Positions 1 through 7,545 of a stretch of 26,724 bases of DNA are shown here, one piece after another. The stretch's first letter is position 1. Every line of letters begins with the position of its first letter. Made by a program: the position numbers and the translations under genes. The stretch lies in assembly GCA_964604755.1 (NCBI GenBank), contig CAZRZZ010000001.1:1-26724 (forward strand), written 5' to 3'. The notes beneath the pieces are model-generated. The model was not told where the DNA came from. It did not search any database and saw nothing but the letters and a program-made list of their open reading frames with translations. Source of the stretch: an uncultured Methanosarcinales archaeon (GTDB lineage: Archaea; Nanobdellota; Nanobdellia; Woesearchaeales; UBA12501).

Positions 1-1081
1 ATAAAAAATCAAGCAGCTTCGCTGCCCAGAGCATATCATGGTCTGCGGCATACAGCGGCGACTGGAATGGCGCGCCTTCTGGCGTGAAGACTTCAAGAAG
101 GTTTCCGCGCTTCTCCACGAGCGTGGCGTAGGCATCAAGATACGTCTTGAAGCGCTTCTTGTCTGCGCCGCGAACGACATCCATATAGCAGAGCCCAAGA
201 TGCACCCAGACATTGTTGCGCTCGTACCCGCCGGATATCCAGTCATAGAGAGGGATGAGGTTTTGCGGAACCCCTTTAGTGTATTTGAGCGGGAACGGCA
301 CGTCGAGCCCTTCCGTGCAGACTGACGAGATTGCACTTTTTACCATCACCTTATCCGTGAACACACCGCACCAGAACGGGAACGTGTTCGCATCGCCAGT
401 CACGGTGAACTGTTTGGTCATGTCCTCGACGAAATACTTCCCACACCACAACTCTTCCTTGATCCTCGCCTTGATATTGATATCACTGAGAGGATTGTGG
501 AGCTTGAGCAAATCAAGATCTTCCTTGAGCATCGCGGCCATGCTATTATCATACGTTGAGGATTGCCGCACCGCATGGTCCTTGATCGACGAGAAATGGC
601 CCTTCCTGATCATGGCCGTTGCGGGATCGATGATGTGAGCGGCGAACTGATCCGCCTTGCGCGCAAGAAAATCTCCATGCCGTCTGACGACGTCCTTTGC
701 ATCGAGGATGCGCAGGCCATGGAGAAGAAGCGGAAGCGAATCCACCGCCATTCGAGGAAAATCCACAGGAACACCGGAGCGCGTGATATGCGTCGTGACG
801 CGGTCGTGCGCGGCAAACTGCGCCACGACCCACTTCATTGTCTGCAATGCCTGCTTTTTGTAGCCGCATCGAGCTAATGCCTCTGCGCAGAATGCGAAAT
901 CCCGCGTCCAGAAATGATCAAAATGCCCGGCGGACGTCTGGAAATACGCGCCGTTCCAGCAGTTCTCGACGATCGCCTTACAGATCTCTTTTGCATTCCC
1001 GTCATGTCGTGGATAGCCGTGCCGCTTGATGCGCCGCGCGTGGCGCAGCATCCTGATGCCGTCGCGAATGTCGTGAAGCAT
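1..1081 (-). CDS. Six-hairpin (alpha/alpha)6 glycosidase, amylo-alpha-1,6-glucosidase/GDE_C-like; 3' end truncated by the window edge
   Basis: Manual translation from ATG at 1081 is open for 360 codons to position 1 (MLHDIRDG...WAAKLLDFL). It has FDHFWTRD, AVDSLPLLL and LLEVF...MLWAA motifs typical of six-hairpin glycosidases, and a TATA-like TTATTATA about 25 nt upstream. Absent from the ORF track because it has no stop. Confidence 0.7.
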   Translation of the reverse strand, partial: MLHDIRDGIRMLRHARRIKRHGYPRHDGNAKEICKAIVENCWNGAYFQTSAGHFDHFWTRDFAFCAEALARCGYKKQALQTMKWVVAQFAAHDRVTTHITRSGVPVDFPRMAVDSLPLLLHGLRILDAKDVVRRHGDFLARKADQFAAHIIDPATAMIRKGHFSSIKDHAVRQSSTYDNSMAAMLKEDLDLLKLHNPLSDINIKARIKEELWCGKYFVEDMTKQFTVTGDANTFPFWCGVFTDKVMVKSAISSVCTEGLDVPFPLKYTKGVPQNLIPLYDWISGGYERNNVWVHLGLCYMDVVRGADKKRFKTYLDAYATLVEKRGNLLEVFTPEGAPFQSPLYAADHDMLWAAKLLDFL

Positions 1082-1113
1082 GCGCTAAAAAAGAAAGAAT
1101 AGATATAATAAGC

Positions 1114-1818
1114 TTATGACGAGGCGCCAAAGATGCGTGCGAAGAAACCTGGCTTCTTTGGTTTGGCGCCTTGCTGGCCATGCGCATCCATCAAAGCAAG
1201 GAGAGTATTTGCCTCTCGTCGCTCCTGCGCCTGAAATTGCATAAGTTTTTCCATCGGAATTTCATTGGCGTAACGTATACAAAGGGACTCGTCATCAAAT
1301 ACATCACGATACTCGTCCGCTCCAAACTCACCCTCAAGCATGGCCTTTGCAGCATGGACGCAGGGATAGACCTTGACCATAATACTCCTCCCGTATCTTT
1401 GCTGCGCTTTCCATGATATTCGTTGTGGATTCTCTTCTTGCTGCACCGTTGCATCGATACACGTTATTGTCCGGGTGACGTCGACGTCCGCTACTGCAAT
1501 GATCTCCTCAAAAATATACCATCCAGCATGGAACATCTTGTGGTTTGCGCGCGGGAGAACTGCTGTCTTTGGCTCGATGCCGGAGAAGAGCATCTCCATG
1601 AAGACGCGTAACTCCCCTGCGGTGTAGAGGCCGGGTTTTGGGGCGATATGATAACAGATATCATGGATTTTGCTAACCCAATAGGCCCCATCGACTGGAA
1701 TGGAATGCGACTCGAAACACGCAGCATCAACGCCGCTATCCTCACGCTTCACCACAGAAATCTTTTTGTTTCCTTCAAGTTCGGCAAGTGCGGTATGTAT
1801 CCGTTCAAGCAAAGTCAT
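1114..1818 (-). CDS. Hypothetical protein (234 aa) with C-terminal amphipathic helix KKPGFFARIFG
   Basis: ORF 1114..1941 re-started at ATG 1818, which follows a GGAGGGGG Shine-Dalgarno; the longer start would overlap the tRNA 3'-repeat region. No recognisable family. Confidence 0.75.
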   Translation of the reverse strand: MTLLERIHTALAELEGNKKISVVKREDSGVDAACFESHSIPVDGAYWVSKIHDICYHIAPKPGLYTAGELRVFMEMLFSGIEPKTAVLPRANHKMFHAGWYIFEEIIAVADVDVTRTITCIDATVQQEENPQRISWKAQQRYGRSIMVKVYPCVHAAKAMLEGEFGADEYRDVFDDESLCIRYANEIPMEKLMQFQAQERREANTLLALMDAHGQQGAKPKKPGFFARIFGASS

Positions 1819-1848
1819 TTTTTCCCCCTCCATGTTCTCCAACTGAAT

Positions 1849-1866
1849 AAACGGGCCTGAGGGGAT
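1849..1866 (-). repeat. 18-bp direct repeat of the tRNA-Arg 3' end (second copy 1948..1965); att-like
   Basis: AAACGGGCCTGAGGGGAT is identical at 1849..1866 and 1948..1965. On the minus strand it is T-loop end + T-stem 3' strand + acceptor 3' strand + discriminator + TTT. Confidence 0.9.
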
Positions 1867-1947
1867 CTCCACGCGGGGGCTTTGCCCCTCCACACACCCC
1901 ATGTGCGACATTCGCAACGCTGGCGCGTTGCTCAGTCTCACACTCCA
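1867..1947. repeat. 81-nt palindrome-rich insert between the two tRNA-end copies
   Basis: Hairpins GGGGC-TTT-GCCCC (1876..1888), TGCGA-CAT-TCGCA (1904..1916) and GCAACGC-TGGC-GCGTTGC (1914..1931). Confidence 0.6.
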
Positions 1948-1950
1948 AAA

Positions 1951-2025
1951 CGGGCCTGAGGGGATTTGAACCCCCGACCTACTGCTTAGGAGGCAGTTGC
2001 GCTATCCAGGCTGCGCTACAGGCCC
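1951..2025 (-). tRNA. tRNA-Arg (anticodon CCT)
   Basis: GGGCCTG acceptor / CAGGCCC-G, D-arm GCGC-AGCCTGGATA-GCGC, anticodon arm ACTGC-CTCCTAA-GCAGT, T-arm GGGGG-TTCAAAT-CCCCT. No encoded CCA. Confidence 0.97.
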
Positions 2026-2050
2026 ACAGGAAGAAAAAGGCTTCGATATG

Positions 2051-2060
2051 TTTATAAATA
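2051..2060. promoter_or_regulatory. Archaeal TATA box, probably bidirectional (tRNA-Arg and truD)
   Basis: TTTATAAATA lies about 26 nt from the tRNA 5' end and about 31 nt from the truD ATG. Confidence 0.65.
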
Positions 2061-2090
2061 GTTTTTGGTGGAAGGAGAAGCGAAGATACA

Positions 2091-3113
2091 ATGTATGTTC
2101 TCAAAAAAATACCGCAGGACTTTGTTGTCATCGAGCGCGCCGCATACAACCTCAAAGAGAAAGGCTCCTATTCCGTGTGGCTTCTCACGAAGACGCAGAT
2201 GAACACGATGCACGCCGTCGAGAAGATCGCTGACTTTCTCCACCTCAAGATAGGCCATATCGGCTATGCCGGAAACAAGGACAAGCACGCAATCACCGAG
2301 CAGCACATCTCCATCAAGGGCGCCGGGCCTGAAAGCCTCAAGAGCTTCGAGCACCCGAAGATGAGCGTCGAATTCCTTGGCTGGCGCGACGAGCCGATCT
2401 CGCTTGGTGACCATGATGGCAATTTATTTGAGATCACCATACGTAACATCGAGCAGGCGCCGCAACACATCGATCGGATGGTCAACTATTTTGGCGAGCA
2501 GCGCATGGGGACGCGCAACTGGAAGATCGGCTACCGCCTCCTCAAGGGCGAGCTTAAGGAGGCATGCGATCTCATCCCCGACGATCGCGTGAACGCCTTC
2601 CTTAGGGAGCATCCAAAGCAATATGTCGAAGCGCTCAAGAAGGTGCCCCGGCGCACGCTGCTTCTTTTTATCCATGCTTATCAAAGCCGCATCTGGAACC
2701 GTGTCGTGGAAGAGTATATCCGAAAACACGCCAAGGAGACCATCGAATATGAATGGCACCATGGCGCGCTTGTCATCCCAAAAACATTCAATGCCTCGTT
2801 TGACATCGATGTCCCCACGGTTGGCTTTGGAACGGAGTTCAAGGACGCGATTATCAGGCAGCGAACACTCGAGCTTCTCGAGGAGGACGGCTTGACGCAG
2901 CGCGGCTTTATCATGCCAAAGCTCCCCTTCCTCTCCGTCGAAGGGTCTGATCGTCCGATGACGGCGCCTGTGCACAAGCTTCGGATCGGCCCGCTTGAGG
3001 ACGACGATCTGCACGATGGCAAGAAAAAATGTATAGTCTCCTTCTTCCTCCCAAAGGGCTGTTATGCGACAATGGCCGTGCGGCAGATGATGTGTCAGAA
3101 ATCGCCCAATTGA
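2091..3113 (+). CDS. truD: tRNA pseudouridine(13) synthase TruD
   Basis: GNKDKHAITEQ catalytic motif, GNLFEITIR, NYFGEQR, and C-terminal FFLPKGCYAT. Confidence 0.95.
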   Translation: MYVLKKIPQDFVVIERAAYNLKEKGSYSVWLLTKTQMNTMHAVEKIADFLHLKIGHIGYAGNKDKHAITEQHISIKGAGPESLKSFEHPKMSVEFLGWRDEPISLGDHDGNLFEITIRNIEQAPQHIDRMVNYFGEQRMGTRNWKIGYRLLKGELKEACDLIPDDRVNAFLREHPKQYVEALKKVPRRTLLLFIHAYQSRIWNRVVEEYIRKHAKETIEYEWHHGALVIPKTFNASFDIDVPTVGFGTEFKDAIIRQRTLELLEEDGLTQRGFIMPKLPFLSVEGSDRPMTAPVHKLRIGPLEDDDLHDGKKKCIVSFFLPKGCYATMAVRQMMCQKSPN

Positions 3114-3142
3114 CTATTGATAATCGCGATTTCTGAGCACGC

Positions 3143-3208
3143 TCAAGAACCATCCGCCGTATCTTTGCAAATCAACCACGCAACCCGCTTTAGCGGGTGG
3201 TTCTTGAC
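3143..3208. mobile_element. 66-nt palindromic mini-element resembling IS200/IS605 ends (non-autonomous remnant)
   Basis: Inverted arms TCAAGAACCATCCGC (3143..3157) and GCGGGTGGTTCTTGA (3193..3207) match 14/15. Inner hairpin ACCCGC-TTTA-GCGGGT (3183..3198). No tnpA/tnpB in the window. Confidence 0.5.
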
Positions 3209-3250
3209 GATGCGAAAGGAATAAATACGCCTCCATTGCCCATTGCTGCC

Positions 3251-3742
3251 ATGATCGACAAGCACGACATTGACGAATTCGTGAAACGCATGGAAGAGGC
3301 GTATCACCCTTCTCAAAGCTATGCAGGGAAGGCCCGTGATATCCTCTCCAAGATGCTCGCGCCAGATTTTCCAGTGGATCAGGCGCCGCGGATCTTTGCG
3401 CTTGCCGAAGATATGTATCGCTCGCACGCAAAGACCAGGGCGAACATCGATGCAGCAAAAAAGGATGCGAAAGAAATCGCCTCAAACATAGGACGCATCG
3501 CAGATGGTGTCAGGATAATCACTAATGCATACGCATCATCGGTCGAGATGATCGTACGGGCCGGAGAAGAGGTCCAACACGCCGGAGAAGAGCTCTACGA
3601 CGCCGCACAGGAGCAGCACGAAGCGAGTGTCGATCTTCTCGGTGCAGCGATACGGCTGCAGGACGCTGCAGAGAAGGTCAAAGAGATGAAAAGAGAGGAA
3701 GGTGCGCTCTTTGCACCGCCAAAGAGGAAAGAGAAAAATTAG
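3251..3742 (+). CDS. Hypothetical alpha-helical/coiled-coil protein (163 aa)
   Basis: ORF 3197..3742 re-started at ATG 3251 because the longer start lies inside the palindrome; AATAAATA about 25 nt upstream. Ala/Glu/Lys-rich helical composition. Confidence 0.7.
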   Translation: MIDKHDIDEFVKRMEEAYHPSQSYAGKARDILSKMLAPDFPVDQAPRIFALAEDMYRSHAKTRANIDAAKKDAKEIASNIGRIADGVRIITNAYASSVEMIVRAGEEVQHAGEELYDAAQEQHEASVDLLGAAIRLQDAAEKVKEMKREEGALFAPPKRKEKN

Positions 3743-3747
3743 CTGAT

Positions 3748-4374
3748 TTATTTTGATTTCTTGACGATCTCCTTGAAGATAACATCGACTGGCTGCTCGC
3801 CGTTGACGGTGACGAGCTTCCCTTTCTTTTTGTAATGCACAACAAGCGGAGCAGTCTCCTTGTGGTACGTCGCAAGACGCGACCGCACGACCCCCTCCTT
3901 GTCATCGTCACGCACGGAAAGCTCAGCGCCATCATCGTTGCAGACATTGTTTTCTTCCGGCGGCATGTCAATGCCGTAGATTTTGCCGCAGACCTTGCAC
4001 ATCCGCCGGCTCGTGAGGCGGCGGACGATGACGTCGTCAGAGCTTTTGATCTCGACGACGACGTCGACGTCGGAAAACTCGTCGAGCGCGTCTGCTTGCG
4101 GGATCGTTCGCGGGAACCCGTCAAGGATGTATCCTTTTTTGCAGTCGCCCTTTGCAAGGCGCTCCCTGACCATGTTGATCGTGACCTTGTCGGGCACAAG
4201 GAGCCCCTTGTCGATGTACGTTCGCGCCTCCTTGCCAAGCGGCGTGTTGCCCTTGATGTTCTCCCGGAATATGTCACCAGTCGAGATATGGAGAATGCCA
4301 TAGTGCTTCCTGAGAAGCGCCGCCTGTGTCCCTTTGCCGGTGCCGGGCGGCCCAAGAAGGATCATCCGCATCAT
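3748..4374 (-). CDS. adk: Adenylate kinase, long-LID (bacterial-like) type with Zn-binding LID
   Basis: GPPGTGKGTQA P-loop, HISTGDIFR, GYILDGFPRT, LID CKVC-x15-CNDD, RDDD. Confidence 0.97.
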   Translation of the reverse strand: MMRMILLGPPGTGKGTQAALLRKHYGILHISTGDIFRENIKGNTPLGKEARTYIDKGLLVPDKVTINMVRERLAKGDCKKGYILDGFPRTIPQADALDEFSDVDVVVEIKSSDDVIVRRLTSRRMCKVCGKIYGIDMPPEENNVCNDDGAELSVRDDDKEGVVRSRLATYHKETAPLVVHYKKKGKLVTVNGEQPVDVIFKEIVKKSK

Positions 4375-4865
4375 CCTAAGTACCCCAAATCCTTTTTCAC
4401 TTCATCCTCTTTTGTCCATGCTTCGCGCGTCTTCTCGACAAGGTCTGCCATCCGCGTTTTGATTTGTGGATATGCGCCAAGAATGTGCTTGATGAACTCG
4501 GCCTCCTTCTTGTCTGTCGAGTCGATCTCGAGAAGCTGCGCGTCTTTGCTGATGACCATAAGCATCTTATAGAGCTTGACAAGCTCCTCCTTTTGCTCAG
4601 GCAGGAAATGCCGGGACTCGTGCAGATCATTGAGCGTCGTGTCCGGCTCGAGGACAGCGCGGACGACCTTGGCAAAATCGTCGAGCTTCTCGACAATGCA
4701 CCGGCGGATCTCGCGCAGGAAGAAAGGGTGTTCCAGGTCGAGCGCAGAGATCTCAAACTCCTCATCGAGCACCTCGACAGGAAGCCTGAATCTTTTGATG
4801 CACTCGATATCCGAGCACTCCTTTGGCGCATCGTGCGTATCCGTATTGTCTTTTTTTGGGGTCAT
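4371..4865 (-). CDS. Hypothetical helical protein (164 aa), translationally coupled to adk
   Basis: Start at ATG 4865 after a GGTGA SD (the longer start overlaps tRNA-Thr). Its TGA overlaps the adk ATG (ATGA). Confidence 0.8.
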   Translation of the reverse strand: MTPKKDNTDTHDAPKECSDIECIKRFRLPVEVLDEEFEISALDLEHPFFLREIRRCIVEKLDDFAKVVRAVLEPDTTLNDLHESRHFLPEQKEELVKLYKMLMVISKDAQLLEIDSTDKKEAEFIKHILGAYPQIKTRMADLVEKTREAWTKEDEVKKDLGYLG

Positions 4866-4900
4866 GACCGTCACCTTCCCGATGTGCTGAATGGAAATAA

Positions 4901-5010
4901 AGCCTCCGGGGGGAATTGCACCCCCGACCTTCTGATTGCTTCGCAGCAATGCGGGCCTTGCCGCACCGACTGATACAAGTCAGATGCAATAGCTCCTATG
5001 CTACGGAGGC
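4901..5010 (-). tRNA. tRNA-Thr (anticodon TGT) with 37-nt intron at canonical position 37/38
   Basis: GCCTCCG/CGGAGGC acceptor with U73 discriminator. Anticodon stem TCTGA/TCAGA; removing 4937..4973 restores the loop CTTGTAA and a 73-nt mature tRNA. T-arm GGGGG-TGCAATT-CCCCC. No CCA. Confidence 0.9.
4937..4973 (-). other. tRNA intron with relaxed bulge-helix-bulge
   Basis: Intron TCAGTCGGTGCGGCAAGGCCCGCATTGCTGCGAAGCA folds as CAG/CTG + CGGTGCGG/CCGCATTG; C32-U33-U34 pair with intron AAG next to the 3' splice bulge. Confidence 0.85.
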
Positions 5011-5035
5011 ACACGAGGGGGAGGAAGGTAGATTC

Positions 5036-5044
5036 TTTATAAAA
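5036..5044 (-). promoter_or_regulatory. TATA box of tRNA-Thr
   Basis: TTTTATAAA on the minus strand about 26-34 nt upstream of the tRNA 5' end. Confidence 0.65.
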
Positions 5045-5085
5045 TTTTGGGCAAGAAATGTGTGCAATAAGGGACAAGCCCATCC

Positions 5086-5682
5086 TCACTCCATCGCGCC
5101 CTTGTAGCCACGCGGCGGGTAGAATCCGGGGCGCTCGGGAACGAATCTCTTAAGCTCCAGGGCGCCTTTGAGAAAGTTCGCGACGGTCTCGGCGTCGCTT
5201 TTGATCGTCGCAAGGATGGATTCGCGCTGCTTTCGCCACATGCGCTTGTAGTACGTCTCATGCACATGGCTTAAAAGCCAGTGCTTTTCCCATTTCCCTT
5301 CCGGGTCAAGGCAAAGGTACGCCTCGATCTCGACCTCGACCTCGCCGGAGTCGACCTTGATCTTTCGGTTCTGCTCCATAATCTCGATCTCCTTGAGATA
5401 GCGCATATGGAATGTCAGATCGATGTGCTGCGTGTAGTAGGGGCTTCCGTCGCCGGACTTGTCCGTGCGCCACCAGATCCACATCGCCTTTCCCTCGCGT
5501 GGATTTGCCGAGATCTTCTCCTGGTAAAGCGTTTCCATGTAGCGGTAAGACTTGTTGTCGACAAAGCCCTTGTCCTTGAGCACATCCGTGCAGTTGCGAT
5601 AGAGATCCTTAAGGTCGAAGACACCCCTGTATTTCACCTTCGTATGATGGGCCTCGAACTTCTTTCCTTTCAGGCAGGGCAT
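5086..5682 (-). CDS. Hypothetical protein (198 aa), resembles a conserved DPANN family of unknown function
   Basis: ORF 5086..5742 re-started at ATG 5682 with TTATTTAAA about 25 nt upstream. KYRGVFDLKDLY...WEKHW pattern recalled from Woesearchaeota hypothetical proteins (not verified by search). Confidence 0.75.
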   Translation of the reverse strand: MPCLKGKKFEAHHTKVKYRGVFDLKDLYRNCTDVLKDKGFVDNKSYRYMETLYQEKISANPREGKAMWIWWRTDKSGDGSPYYTQHIDLTFHMRYLKEIEIMEQNRKIKVDSGEVEVEIEAYLCLDPEGKWEKHWLLSHVHETYYKRMWRKQRESILATIKSDAETVANFLKGALELKRFVPERPGFYPPRGYKGAME

Positions 5683-5788
5683 GGGGAATACCAAAGAATC
5701 TGGCTTTAAATAAGTTATGGTGGGATCCAAAAGGCCATTCACGTCGGGAGCAGAAGATTTATATCACGGGGGTCTTGCCGGTCCGAGC

Positions 5789-6316
5789 ATGCCGTTTTTG
5801 ATGGGACACATGGTTGGGGGCTGGCTCTTTGGCCGCTTCGCACAGCGAGTCGCAAAGAGAGAGTTAAGCCATCTCGAATGGGGCCTGCTCCTCTTTGGCA
5901 CGCTGCTGCCGGATGTCGACCACCTCTTTGACTGGATCTTCCATGCACAGGCGCATCGGCTGTTCACCCACAGCATCGTATTCCTGCTTGTCCTCTTTGG
6001 AGGAGTCTACATCGTATCAAATCTCTTTGGTTTTCTCAATACCAGCATGGATGCAAAACGAAATGCGATCATGGTCACTGCAGGCGCGATGACGCACATG
6101 ATGCTTGACATGGCACTTGGCGCACCCGGCACCGCTTTTCTTTGGCCGCATCAAGTCGGCCTGTGGCTCTTTGGGACGGGGCCGCTTCCTGACCAGGCGG
6201 TCTTTAACATCGTCACGGAGAATCCAAAACTCGCGTTCGCCGGCGCGATTGTTGATATGTGCATCGGTGGCGCGTGGATTGGATACTTTTTTATAACAAA
6301 GCGCATCCGGTTCTGA
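5789..6316 (+). CDS. YdjM-family membrane-bound metal-dependent hydrolase
   Basis: N-terminal GH, LLPDVD, HRLFTHS and THMMLD motifs with hydrophobic segments; TTTATAT about 25 nt upstream of ATG 5789. Confidence 0.85.
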   Translation: MPFLMGHMVGGWLFGRFAQRVAKRELSHLEWGLLLFGTLLPDVDHLFDWIFHAQAHRLFTHSIVFLLVLFGGVYIVSNLFGFLNTSMDAKRNAIMVTAGAMTHMMLDMALGAPGTAFLWPHQVGLWLFGTGPLPDQAVFNIVTENPKLAFAGAIVDMCIGGAWIGYFFITKRIRF

Positions 6317-6320
6317 AACG

Positions 6321-7517
6321 ATGAAAATAGGGCTCGTCGGGAAACCATCAGCAGGGAAGAGCACGTTCTTCAAGGCAGCGACGCTCGCCGATGTTGATAT
6401 CGCAAACTACCCGTTCACGACGATCGAGCCGAACACTGGCGTTGGCCACGTCAAGATCGACTGCGTAGACAAGGACCTGAACACGCAATGCAATCCGCGC
6501 ACGGGCTTTTGCACCAGGCACAAGCGCTTCATCCCAATAGAACTCATCGATGTGGCCGGCCTCGTGCCGGATGCACACAAAGGCAAGGGCCGCGGTAATC
6601 AGTTCCTGGACGACCTGCGGGAAGCGGACGTGCTCATCCATGTCATCGACGTGTCGGGAAGCGTCAATGCGCACGGCGAGCCAGTCGAGCAGGGATCGTA
6701 CGATCCGGCAAAGGACGTCTCGTTTCTTGAAGAGGAACTTGACATGTGGTATCTTGGCATCCTCTCGAAGGGTTGGGAGAAGTTCGCGCGCACGATCCAG
6801 CAGGAGGGAGCCGACGTGTGCCGGTCGCTTGGAAAGCAGCTCTCCGGGCTTGGCGTCGATGAGGACATGGTCAAGGACGTGATGCGCAAACTCTCGCTGC
6901 CGGCAGCGCCGACAGGATGGACGATGGAGCATTTGCTGCTGCTTGCACGGGAGCTTCGCCTGCGGACAAAACCGATGGTCATTGCGGCAAACAAGATCGA
7001 CGTTCCCGGGGCGGAAAAGAACTATGAACGCATCAGGAGAGAGTTTCCCCACTACCGCATCATCGCGTGCAGCGCGGAAAGCGAGCTTGCGCTGCGGGAG
7101 GCGTCAAAAAAAGGGCTTGTGGAGTATGTGCCGGGCGAGCCGGACTTCATGATCAAGAGCGGCTCTGCGCTAAGCGCCGCACAAAGATCAGCATTGCAGT
7201 TTATCAAAGAGAGGATCCTTGAGGTGCGCGGCTCGACAGGCGTGCAGCAGGTGCTTGACTGCGCTGTCTTTGATGTGCTTGGCGCGATCGCCGTCTACCC
7301 CGGAGGAGTGGGCAAGCTTGAGGACCAGCATGGAAGACGTCTTCCTGACTGCTTCCTGATGCCTGCCGGCTCGACCGCGCTCGATTTCGCGTACAAGCTG
7401 CACACGGATTTTGGCAAAAACTTCATCCGTGCCATCGATGTGAAGACGAAGCGCGCCGTCGGAAAAGAGCATGCGCTCTGCCACCGGGATGTCATCGAGA
7501 TCATCAGCTCAAGATAA
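6321..7517 (+). CDS. ychF: Obg-family GTPase, archaeal YchF/Ygr210 type with C-terminal TGS domain
   Basis: GKPSAGKST, NYPFTT, DVAG and NKID motifs, Cys-rich insertion C-x8-C-x6-C, C-terminal TGS (GSTALDFAYKLHTD). Confidence 0.92.
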   Translation: MKIGLVGKPSAGKSTFFKAATLADVDIANYPFTTIEPNTGVGHVKIDCVDKDLNTQCNPRTGFCTRHKRFIPIELIDVAGLVPDAHKGKGRGNQFLDDLREADVLIHVIDVSGSVNAHGEPVEQGSYDPAKDVSFLEEELDMWYLGILSKGWEKFARTIQQEGADVCRSLGKQLSGLGVDEDMVKDVMRKLSLPAAPTGWTMEHLLLLARELRLRTKPMVIAANKIDVPGAEKNYERIRREFPHYRIIACSAESELALREASKKGLVEYVPGEPDFMIKSGSALSAAQRSALQFIKERILEVRGSTGVQQVLDCAVFDVLGAIAVYPGGVGKLEDQHGRRLPDCFLMPAGSTALDFAYKLHTDFGKNFIRAIDVKTKRAVGKEHALCHRDVIEIISSR

Positions 7518-7545
7518 AGTATACGTGCAGAAAATAACGAAGCAC

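Noticed and set aside
1849-1965. Two-unit CRISPR array or split-tRNA half
   Set aside because: The repeat is only 18 bp and identical to the tRNA end, the spacer is 81 nt and there are no cas genes. The copy lacks the T-stem 5' strand and any trans-splicing leader.
3119-3135. Perfect 10-bp palindrome AATCGCGATT as an operator
   Set aside because: Single short palindrome with no second copy or nearby regulator; compatible with chance.
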